Source: Candidatus Delongbacteria bacterium
GTDB taxonomy: Bacteria; CAIWAD01
Length of the DNA stretch: 64,000 nt
Assembly (NCBI GenBank): GCA_963663545.1
Contig: OY760505.1
Location: 2,592,001-2,656,000, forward strand
Direction of reading: 5' to 3'
The notes beneath the pieces were generated by a model. It saw only the letters and a list, made by a program, of their open reading frames with translations. It did no database searches and was not told the origin of the DNA. Positions 21,392-29,282 of the stretch are shown piece by piece; the first letter of the stretch is position 1; every line of letters starts with the position of its first letter. A program made the translations under genes and the position numbers.

Positions 21392-22110
21392 TGTTCAGGT
21401 ATGCGCTTCTCTCACTTTTGCTTGCAGCAACTCTCAGGGCCGCATGGGTGGTGGAGCTGAGTGTATGCAACGCTGCTTCCGAGTGTCAAACCCTGATGGC
21501 AGGTGTGAATCCAATGGCCACAGAAGGGTTGGACCCGGATTTAGGTGAAAGCAATCTGCCGCCTTGGCCACCCACGAGTGCTTTTCACGCACGACTATTG
21601 CCCGATGGTCTGGAGGGCTTGCTCCTTGACCTGCGCCCAGAACAGTCTGGCAGCATCGAATATCTGTTCGGCTGGCAGACGGGAAGTGCAGGCGGGCCAG
21701 TGATCATTAGTTGGGAGCCAGAGTCCTTGCCCGCTGACGTCGACTTGTACCTGCAGGATCCGTGGGGTGGAAGCATTGTTCCCCGGACAGACCTTCGTGA
21801 TACAAATCAAGTCAGCATTAGTCTTTCAGCACTGCGACGATTGGTGTTCTACGCTGTTCTGCCGGACAGACCGTGCGCGGTTTCAGACCTGCATGCAAGA
21901 GTTTCTGCACCGGACGCTGTTCTGCTGGAGTGGACGCCGGTGACACAAAGCGTTGGTGGCAATGCCATGGACGGACTGATCTATGAAATCTGGGCACGTG
22001 ATCCACGGCAGTTGCTTGCTACTACAACTCAGGCGGCTTACACTCTGTGGTTGGAGCCTACGCTTCCATCGCGTGCTACACTGGAAGTGATTGTAAGGAC
22101 GGAAGAATAA
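21388..22110 (+). CDS. Secreted protein with one PPxPP domain and an FN3-like C-terminal module
   Basis: ATGA overlap with the upstream stop and a signal peptide. It is clearly paralogous to the N- and C-terminal modules of the 3756-aa protein. Confidence 0.82.
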   Translation: MMFRYALLSLLLAATLRAAWVVELSVCNAASECQTLMAGVNPMATEGLDPDLGESNLPPWPPTSAFHARLLPDGLEGLLLDLRPEQSGSIEYLFGWQTGSAGGPVIISWEPESLPADVDLYLQDPWGGSIVPRTDLRDTNQVSISLSALRRLVFYAVLPDRPCAVSDLHARVSAPDAVLLEWTPVTQSVGGNAMDGLIYEIWARDPRQLLATTTQAAYTLWLEPTLPSRATLEVIVRTEE

Positions 22111-22133
22111 TCTTTGCACGACTCATCGTGTGT

Positions 22134-22159
22134 AACAGCCCGGCTTTGGCCGGGCTGTT
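22134..22159 (+). terminator. Stem-loop, likely terminator of the secreted-protein operon
   Basis: AACAGCCCGGC-tttg-GCCGGGCTGTT, a perfect 11-bp stem with a weak T tract. Confidence 0.55.
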
Positions 22160-22236
22160 GCGTTGAAAGTGCATCGTGACACAGCGCTGTGCGTGGAATA
22201 TTCTACTTTGAATCAGGAGTGGAGTCTGGAGGGAGT

Positions 22237-22644
22237 ATGCGACCCGTAAGAGCTCGCAGAACACATCGAAGTCCGCAACAGCGTGTGATCATCCTTGGTC
22301 TGGCTTTGGTCATGACTCTTTTCTCGCTACTGGCTGTGGACTTCTACGCTCAGCAGAATCCCGTTGAGGACAGCGCGGCCGATCATGCGCTCTTCGCACT
22401 GCTGCCAGCAGGTAGCGCGGGAAAGGTCGTGCATGGTCCCTTGATGGCGGGCCTGGTTCAGGGTGAGGAAGTGATGCGCGACAGTTTGCGGGCGCAACGG
22501 GAACTAGTGCAACGGGGGCACGATCCTCGAAAGATGCAGGTCTTTCTATTGGCTGGTGATAGTAGACGAGATTCTGCGGAGGGCCATTGCCTCCGACCCT
22601 TGCGTGTGATACGCGCCGTGAATCAGGTCGTGTTGGAGAAGTAG
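22237..22644 (+). CDS. Hypothetical protein with one N-terminal TM helix
   Basis: ATG 22237 follows GGAGGGAG. Hydrophobic segment VIILGLALVMTLFSLLAV. The gene converges on selD. Confidence 0.55.
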   Translation: MRPVRARRTHRSPQQRVIILGLALVMTLFSLLAVDFYAQQNPVEDSAADHALFALLPAGSAGKVVHGPLMAGLVQGEEVMRDSLRAQRELVQRGHDPRKMQVFLLAGDSRRDSAEGHCLRPLRVIRAVNQVVLEK

Positions 22645-22648
22645 ACGT

Positions 22649-23680
22649 TTACTTCAGTAGCCGAATTCCCGGTACTGACTCGAATTCGCCGATCAAGTGC
22701 ACAGGCACGCCCAGCTCTCGTGCAGCAGTCTCATACGTGTCACAGGATTCCTCGGGGATGGCCACCAGCATACCACCGGAAGTCTGAGGATCGCTCAGGA
22801 TCAGCTCTAAGTCCAGATCAGGCTCCCCTTGTGTCACAAGATGATGGATGAAGGTCTGCCTGTTGCGATAAGTGCCTGCAGGAATGAGTCCCATACTCAT
22901 CGCTTCAGTAACACCAGGGAGGATGGGAAGGGCTGCAATCCTGAGTGTCACACCAATCTGCTCATCGAGCATTTCGCTCAAGTGCCCAAGCAGGCCAAAG
23001 CCTGTCACATCGGTCATGGCGTGCACGCCTGCTCGCAATGCGGCACGTGAGGCATCACGGTTTAGCGTGGACATGGAAGCGGTCATGATCTCCAAATGAG
23101 CCGGATCAATAAGGTCACCCTTGGCTGCTGTAGCCAGAATGCCGGTGCCGATGGACTTGCTCAGGTAGAGCCGGTCGCCGGGTTTTGCTCCACGGTTCCG
23201 CACGAGTTTGGCCGGGTCAATCAGACCGATGACGGCCATGCCGTACTTGGGCTCTTTGTCTTCGATGGTGTGGCCGCCAACAATGGGACAACCCGCTTCG
23301 CGAGCGCTATGATCGCCACCAGCCAGCACGTCGCCCAGCAGGTCGATGGAAACACAATCGGGCCAGCAGACAAGGTTCAGCGCCGCCAAGGGAGTGCCGC
23401 CCATCGCCCAGACATCGCTCAGGCTGTTGGCGGCAGCAATCCGTCCGTAGTCAAAGGCATCGTCGACCACCGGCGTGATAAAATCTACAGTGAAGACAAT
23501 GGCATAGCCTTCCGTGATACTCAGCACAGCAGCGTCGTCCATCGTCTCCGGTCCCACCAGCACAGCGGGTGAGCTGCGCACGCCAAGGCGTGAGACTATT
23601 TTCTGCAGATCCGCCGGATCCAGTTTGGCTGCTCAACCACTGGCGGAGGTCATCTGCGTGAGACGCACACGCTCGACCAT
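22649..23680 (-). CDS. selD: Selenide, water dikinase SelD, selenocysteine-containing (Sec16)
   Basis: Reading upstream of the listed ORF gives GGGAG then ATG(23680) MVERVRLTQMTSASG-TGA-AAKLDPADLQK, in frame with ...DDAAV...TVDFITPVVDD...AAANSLSDVWAMGG...TDVTGFGLLGH...DPQTSGG. The TGA at 23635-23633 sits at the catalytic C/U-x-x-K position. Confidence 0.95.
23603..23623 (-). promoter_or_regulatory. Candidate bacterial SECIS element
   Basis: Hairpin CTG-GATCC-GGC-GGATC-TG-CAG. The apical loop starts with G, 17 nt after the UGA. Confidence 0.7.
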
Positions 23681-23695
23681 ATTGTCTCCCTTGAC

Positions 23696-24823
23696 TTATC
23701 TCTTCACAATATCGGCAACCGCATCGATGGCTGCTCGCATCTCGTCTGGCGTGTTGGCAAAACCGGGAGCAAAGCGAACGCTGCCTTCCGGGGCTGTCCC
23801 AAGGTGGCGGTGAGCGGCTGGCGCGCAGTGCAGCCCGGGGCGGCAAAGGATTCCATGACGCTCTTCCAGAGCCAGCGCCAGCTCGTCCACTGACCTGCCG
23901 TCAACGGTGAAACTGAGGCAGAGCACTTCCTCATCCGGCGGCGATTGCAACCGAAGACCAGGTAGCGTTTGCAAACCTGCGCGCAGTATCGCACACAGGT
24001 CGCGCTTGCGTGATGCAAGCAATCCGCGCTCATCCAGGTCCTCCAGACAGGCATTCGCTGCTACTATGCCGTGCAAATTCAAGGTGCCAGCCTCGTAGCG
24101 GTCCGGTCTGAATTGCGGCTGTTCTTCGTGCTCGCTGGCACTGCCCGTGCCGCCGTCCATCAAGGGAGGAAGATCGTGCCGCGGATGAATGTAGCACGCA
24201 CCTAGTCCAGTCGGCCCCAGTAGTCCTTTGTGCAGTGAGCATGCGAGAAAATCTGCCTGCAACTCTTCCACATCAATGTCAAGCACACCCGCGCTCTGCG
24301 CGGCGTCGATCAGCAGCGGCACTTCGGGAAAAGCGGCCCGAATGCTGAGCAACTCCTGTGTCACGCCATTCACATTGCTCACGTGACACACCACCATCAG
24401 ATCGGGACGGTCTGCCTCCAGCATCTTGGCAGCTTGCTGCGGATTCACACGGCCAAAGGTGTCGGCGGGCAGAGTGGAGATACGCAGTTTGCGTTCCTGC
24501 TGCAGACGACGCAGGGGTCGCATGACGGCGTTGTGTTCCAGCGGGCTGACGGCAACATGCATGCCCTCGTGTAAAAATCCTCGCAACACGAGATTGATCG
24601 CCTCTGTGCTACCACGTGTGAACACCAGGTCGCGTGAATCCCTGATGTTGAACAGCGAAGCCAAACGACTGCGACAGTGATACACCTGACGGGCTGCATC
24701 AATGGAGGCGCGATGTCCGCTTCGTCCAGAGTTGGCCAGCGGCTGCTCCAATACTCGAGCAATCACCGCACTTACGCCGGGCGGTTTGGGCCAGCTGGTG
24801 GCGGCGTGATCCAGGTAGATCAT
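23696..24823 (-). CDS. Cysteine desulfurase / selenocysteine lyase family PLP enzyme (class V aminotransferase)
   Basis: MIYLDHAATSWPKP start (ATG 24823), EHNAV, IDAAQSAG, SLHKGLLGPTG, RPGLHCAPAAH. Confidence 0.9.
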   Translation of the reverse strand: MIYLDHAATSWPKPPGVSAVIARVLEQPLANSGRSGHRASIDAARQVYHCRSRLASLFNIRDSRDLVFTRGSTEAINLVLRGFLHEGMHVAVSPLEHNAVMRPLRRLQQERKLRISTLPADTFGRVNPQQAAKMLEADRPDLMVVCHVSNVNGVTQELLSIRAAFPEVPLLIDAAQSAGVLDIDVEELQADFLACSLHKGLLGPTGLGACYIHPRHDLPPLMDGGTGSASEHEEQPQFRPDRYEAGTLNLHGIVAANACLEDLDERGLLASRKRDLCAILRAGLQTLPGLRLQSPPDEEVLCLSFTVDGRSVDELALALEERHGILCRPGLHCAPAAHRHLGTAPEGSVRFAPGFANTPDEMRAAIDAVADIVKR

Positions 24824-24830
24824 GATTGTA

Positions 24831-25058
24831 TCACAGGACATGCAGACCGCCGTGCTCGATGACCGCGCCTTCCAGCAGCAACTCCACTTCTGTCCTGTCC
24901 TTCCAATTGAACCGGAGTGCACTGCCGCAATCGGAAGAAAACTGGCGTGGAACAGGGATCGGCCTGCAGTCCACGCCTGCACCCTTCAGCAGACGCTCCA
25001 GTACGAACACGTCGTGCATTGAGTGAAGTAGCACGACACCTTGTGTCACGGCTTCCAT
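24831..25058 (-). CDS. DUF3343-family putative Se/S carrier protein
   Basis: 75 aa with the motif IPVPRQFSSDCGSALRF, translationally coupled within the selenium operon. Confidence 0.78.
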   Translation of the reverse strand: MEAVTQGVVLLHSMHDVFVLERLLKGAGVDCRPIPVPRQFSSDCGSALRFNWKDRTEVELLLEGAVIEHGGLHVL

Positions 25059-25273
25059 CAGCGCTGCAGAATCAAGTGCCAGCAGTCTTCGTGCAGATCA
25101 CGACTGACGATCTTCCACCCTTGGGATTGAGCCATGCGTGATACATTCTCCACGCTGGTCATCGTATCCACGAGCACTTCCACTACATCACTTTCACCTG
25201 CTAGCAGAGCTTCACGTGTGCGTAACACGGGCTCGGGACAGGCCAGGCCTCTTGCGTCTACGGTTGTGTTCAT
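25058..25273 (-). CDS. TusA/SirA (YedF-like) sulfur/selenium carrier
   Basis: VDARGLACPEPV motif. GGAGG RBS before ATG 25273. Confidence 0.88.
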   Translation of the reverse strand: MNTTVDARGLACPEPVLRTREALLAGESDVVEVLVDTMTSVENVSRMAQSQGWKIVSRDLHEDCWHLILQR

Positions 25274-25284
25274 GCTTCCTCCCA

Positions 25285-26397
25285 TCAGCGACGCTGGCGC
25301 GCCGTTATACCCAGAGCCACGCAGAATACCAAGCCAAGGAGTACAGCGACCTGCCCCCAGATGCCCGGGCCACCCATCTGCAAGGTACCATCCACAAGCT
25401 TGTCAGGGCCGGCGGCCAGGAACCAGTTGTGTGAGAGTGCCGCACCCACCAGCATTCCCAAGACGAAAACAGCTGCATCGCCGTCGCCTTCACCGGAGAG
25501 GATCAATTGCCGGCCAGGGCATCCACCCGCCAATGCAAAGGCACATCCGGCGAGTACCATTCCCAGGAAATTCCATAACCAATTGCTGTGTGACACAGGC
25601 ATTGCGCTGTACCCGATGTGAAATGCGCCAAGAGCCACATTTGCAGCGAAGGCGACAATGACAAGCGCTGCAATGCCTGAGAGCAGATGCGTATCACGAA
25701 TCAGTAATGTATCACGAATGGCACCCATCGTGCAGAAACGCGTGCGCTGGGCCATCGCACCGATCAGCAGTCCCACGCCAAGACTGATCCAGAGAGGCGC
25801 GTGCATGGCGCCGGGACCTTTGGCCGAGAAGAAAATCGCCTGATCAGGTTTGAAGTGTACACCAAAGACCAGAAGCAACAGAAAGGTCAGCATCAGCAAG
25901 GGCATACTCCAGCCGACTGCTGCTGGAGCGGCCTGGCTGCGACCAAGTGTGTAGCCACGTTTCAGAAACCAGCCTCCCAGTCCGACGCCGACGACCAATC
26001 CGCCCAGACCAACAAGTGAGTTCAGATCCCCACCGGCCAGCCGCAGCAGAGCCCGCCAGGGACAGCCCAGAAAGACGAGGGCCCCGACCATGGCGAAAAT
26101 GCCCAGCAGGAAACGCACTATGGGAGCGGATCCCGTGCGAGGACGCCATTCGCGAGCGATGAGCGCAGACAGCATTGATCCACCGACGAAGCCGATGATT
26201 TCGGGCCGCATGTATTGCACTACAGCTGCCCTGTGCAGGCCGATGGCGCCCGCGATGTCGCGAGTGAAGCAGGCGACGCAGACACCCATGTTTGGCGGGT
26301 TGCCTAGCTTCTGTAGCAGCACAGCCAGCAGCCCGATGAGGCCGCCGACGGTAATGATGCCTTTGCGCGATGCCAGAAAGCGGGAGATGGGATGCAT
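25285..26397 (-). CDS. yedE: YedE-family putative selenium transporter
   Basis: GNPPNMGVCVACFTRDIAGAIGLH, VFLGCPWR, QRTRFCTMG and AGGCPGRQL motifs, many TM helices. GGAGGT RBS before ATG 26397. Confidence 0.9.
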   Translation of the reverse strand: MHPISRFLASRKGIITVGGLIGLLAVLLQKLGNPPNMGVCVACFTRDIAGAIGLHRAAVVQYMRPEIIGFVGGSMLSALIAREWRPRTGSAPIVRFLLGIFAMVGALVFLGCPWRALLRLAGGDLNSLVGLGGLVVGVGLGGWFLKRGYTLGRSQAAPAAVGWSMPLLMLTFLLLLVFGVHFKPDQAIFFSAKGPGAMHAPLWISLGVGLLIGAMAQRTRFCTMGAIRDTLLIRDTHLLSGIAALVIVAFAANVALGAFHIGYSAMPVSHSNWLWNFLGMVLAGCAFALAGGCPGRQLILSGEGDGDAAVFVLGMLVGAALSHNWFLAAGPDKLVDGTLQMGGPGIWGQVAVLLGLVFCVALGITARQRR

Positions 26398-26927
26398 TGG
26401 ACCTCCAGGGAGGAACCTGCCGCGGTGCGATCCGGATGAATGCGGGAAGGAAGAAAATGAGGAGAGTAGTGCCGTGGCATGGTGAACCTCAGGGTTGCGA
26501 ACTTTGTGTTCGAGCAACGACCGTTGCCCGCCGGCTACGCCGGATGACAGCTAATGATGAGGGTGAGTATTGAATCGCATGACGTCTCCTATGTTGTGCC
26601 CAAGATAGGTCATCGACTGCAGTTGCGCTGCCCAAAACACCTCTGTGAAGATTTCTGGATTTTCGTTCACGCGAAGTCAGGGTGTGTATTCTCCGTTACA
26701 CAGAACAGACTTAGTTCGACCTTTGGCGGTTGGCCCTCCGGGATTTGTCCGGAGGCCGTTTCCCGTGGATTTCACGGCTAACATTACTGCGTGATGGATA
26801 ACTTCGCCTAGATATTGACCCCGTGAGCTGCCTAGCTTAAACATTCACATCCGCCCGACGGTGGATACTCCCGATGACCAGGCGTCCCTTTCCGCTGAGG
26901 GGCGCTGTGATACACCCTTCACGGGTA

Positions 26928-27479
26928 ATGGGTAGCAAGTTGTTGCATCACAGCCGGTCGCAGCCGGCGAAGGGAGGCATCATCGCCACCAGGACCAATA
27001 GTAAAGGCTCCGCTCCGGGTGCGCATCTGCGTGCGCTCGCCGAGGCTAAGGGCCGCCTGATTCCGCTTCTGCAGGAGACGCAGGCGGAACACGGATACAT
27101 TCCGCGCGAGCTGATCCCCGGCATCGCACGGGAGACAGGAGTGGCCGAGGCCGAGATTTTCGGCGTTATCACGTTCTATAGCCAGTTCCGTCTGAAGCCC
27201 ATGGGGAAGTACGTTGTGCGCGTCTGCGCAGGTACTGCGTGTCACGTGTCCGGAGGTCACACCATTCTCGAAGTGATTGAGGACGAGCTTGGAGTGAAGG
27301 TCGGTGACACAACGGAGGATGGGCTTTTTACGCTCTTCACCGTAGCCTGTATCGGCTGCTGTTCCCTGGCTCCCGTCATCATGATTAACGAGGAGACCCA
27401 CGGCAAACTAACCGCCGCTTCGGTGCGCAAGCTGTTCAAGAACATCAGGCGCAACGAGCAAGTGGCACAGCAGGCCTGA
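26928..27479 (+). CDS. NuoE/HydC-like 2Fe-2S subunit (StnA-like); start codon uncertain
   Basis: LIPLLQETQ, GVITFYSQF, CAGTACHV and ACIGCCSLAP motifs. Confidence 0.88.
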   Translation: MGSKLLHHSRSQPAKGGIIATRTNSKGSAPGAHLRALAEAKGRLIPLLQETQAEHGYIPRELIPGIARETGVAEAEIFGVITFYSQFRLKPMGKYVVRVCAGTACHVSGGHTILEVIEDELGVKVGDTTEDGLFTLFTVACIGCCSLAPVIMINEETHGKLTAASVRKLFKNIRRNEQVAQQA

Positions 27480-27492
27480 CAGGAGAGCACGC

Positions 27493-29271
27493 ATGAAGAA
27501 ACTCATTGTTGGAACGGGCACATGCGGTCTGTCCGCCGGAGCCGGAGCGACGCAAAAACACCTGCAGGAGCTGGTCGGCCAGCACCCGGGTGTTGCCGAG
27601 CTCGGTATCACGGGCTGCATCGGCATGTGTTACGTCGAACCGCTTGTGGAAGTGCGCGACGGTGACACACGCACTATCTATGGATGTGTCACGCCAAAGC
27701 TTGCCGAAGAAATCTTCAACGAGCATGTGTTGGGTGATAAAGTGCTGAGCGAGCACGTTGTCTATGCAAGCGATGGTGATACAATCACCGGCGGTAGCGA
27801 GCAGGATTTTCTGGGACGACAGCAGCGCATTGTGTTGCGCAACTGCGGCGTTATCAACCCCGAGTCCATTGAGGAATATGAAGAGCGCGGCGGCTATGTG
27901 GGCCTGCGGCGCGCGTTGAAGGAAATGACGCCCGGCCAGGTAATCGACGAGGTCAAGGCCTCCGGTCTGCGTGGTCGCGGAGGTGCTGGCTTCCCTACTG
28001 GAACCAAATGGGGCTTTGCCGCATCGTATCACGCCGATCAGAAGTACGTGGTCTGCAACGCCGACGAAGGTGACCCAGGTGCCTTCATGGATCGCAGCGT
28101 GCTGGAAGGCGACCCTCACGCGGTGCTCGAAGGCATGATCATTTGCGGTCGAGCCATTGGTGCTACGCAGGGCTACATCTACTGTCGCGCTGAGTATCCG
28201 CTGGCTATTCGACGCCTGGAGCGTGCCATTGCGCAGGCGCGCGAGCGTGGCTACCTGGGCGCGAACGTGTGTGACGCCGGTTTCAGTTTCAACATCAAGG
28301 TGAAACAGGGCGCAGGCGCTTTCGTCTGCGGCGAGGAAACCGCACTCTTCGCTTCCATCGAGGGCGAGCGTGGCATGCCGCGTATCCGTCCGCCCTTCCC
28401 GGCCGAGAGCGGTCTGTGGAAGTCGCCGACCAACAACAACAACGTCGAGACCTACGCCAACGTACCCTGGATTATTCGCGAGGGTGCCAAGGCCTATTCA
28501 TCGCTGGGAACTGAAGACAGTCCCGGCACCAAGGTCTTCGCACTAGCCGGTCGTGTGAGACGCGGCGGATTGGCGGAAGTGCCCATGGGCATGAGCATCC
28601 GCGAGCTGGTGCTCGAAATCGGCGGAGGCATCAAGGAAGGCCGCGAGTTCAAGGCAGTGCAGATGGGCGGTCCGTCGGGCGGCTGCATTCCAGCAGCTCT
28701 GGCCGACACCAAGGTGGATTTCGCCAGCATTCCGGCTACCGGCGCCATCATGGGTAGCGGCGGTATGGTTGTCATGGACGACACCACCTGCATGGTTGAG
28801 ATCGCCCGCTACTTCTTGAACTTTACCCGCGAAGAAAGCTGCGGCAAGTGCACCTTCTGCCGCCTGGGTACGGTGCGCATGCTGGAAACCCTCGTTCGTA
28901 TCACAGAAGGCAATGGACGCGAGGAAGACATCGAGCTGCTGGAGGACTTGAGCCGCCAGATCATCGACGCCAGCCTCTGCGGTCTGGGCCAGACGGCGCC
29001 CAACCCAGTGCTGACTACGCTGCGCTACTACCGCGACGAGTATTTGGCGCACATTGTGGATCACACCTGTCCCGCCGGCAGCTGCTCGGCGCTGGTGGAC
29101 TTCTTCATTGACGCGGAGAAGTGCACGGGTTGTTCGCGCTGCGCAAAGGACTGTCCCGCCGATGCCATTACCGGCGAGCGGAAGCAGCCCTACGTGATCG
29201 ACAACGAGAAGTGCATCAAGTGCGGCCGCTGCATTGCGAGCTGCAACTTTGACGCGGTTTACAAGAAGTGA
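27493..29271 (+). CDS. NuoF/HydB-like FMN- and NADH-binding Fe-S subunit (StnB-like)
   Basis: N-terminal thioredoxin-like 2Fe-2S domain, GRGGAGFP, NADEGDPGAFMDR, CGEETAL, ESCGKCTFCR and a C-terminal 2x[4Fe-4S] domain. Confidence 0.93.
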   Translation: MKKLIVGTGTCGLSAGAGATQKHLQELVGQHPGVAELGITGCIGMCYVEPLVEVRDGDTRTIYGCVTPKLAEEIFNEHVLGDKVLSEHVVYASDGDTITGGSEQDFLGRQQRIVLRNCGVINPESIEEYEERGGYVGLRRALKEMTPGQVIDEVKASGLRGRGGAGFPTGTKWGFAASYHADQKYVVCNADEGDPGAFMDRSVLEGDPHAVLEGMIICGRAIGATQGYIYCRAEYPLAIRRLERAIAQARERGYLGANVCDAGFSFNIKVKQGAGAFVCGEETALFASIEGERGMPRIRPPFPAESGLWKSPTNNNNVETYANVPWIIREGAKAYSSLGTEDSPGTKVFALAGRVRRGGLAEVPMGMSIRELVLEIGGGIKEGREFKAVQMGGPSGGCIPAALADTKVDFASIPATGAIMGSGGMVVMDDTTCMVEIARYFLNFTREESCGKCTFCRLGTVRMLETLVRITEGNGREEDIELLEDLSRQIIDASLCGLGQTAPNPVLTTLRYYRDEYLAHIVDHTCPAGSCSALVDFFIDAEKCTGCSRCAKDCPADAITGERKQPYVIDNEKCIKCGRCIASCNFDAVYKK

Positions 29272-29282
29272 GGCGGCCGATA

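Noticed and set aside
22649..23581. selD as the 310-aa ORF or as a pseudogene
   Set aside because: The UGA is at the catalytic Sec position, with an RBS upstream and a SECIS-like hairpin downstream.
26400..26870. tRNA-Sec (selC) near the selenium operon
   Set aside because: I found no UCA anticodon arm or cloverleaf, only isolated hairpins (e.g. about 26732-26758).
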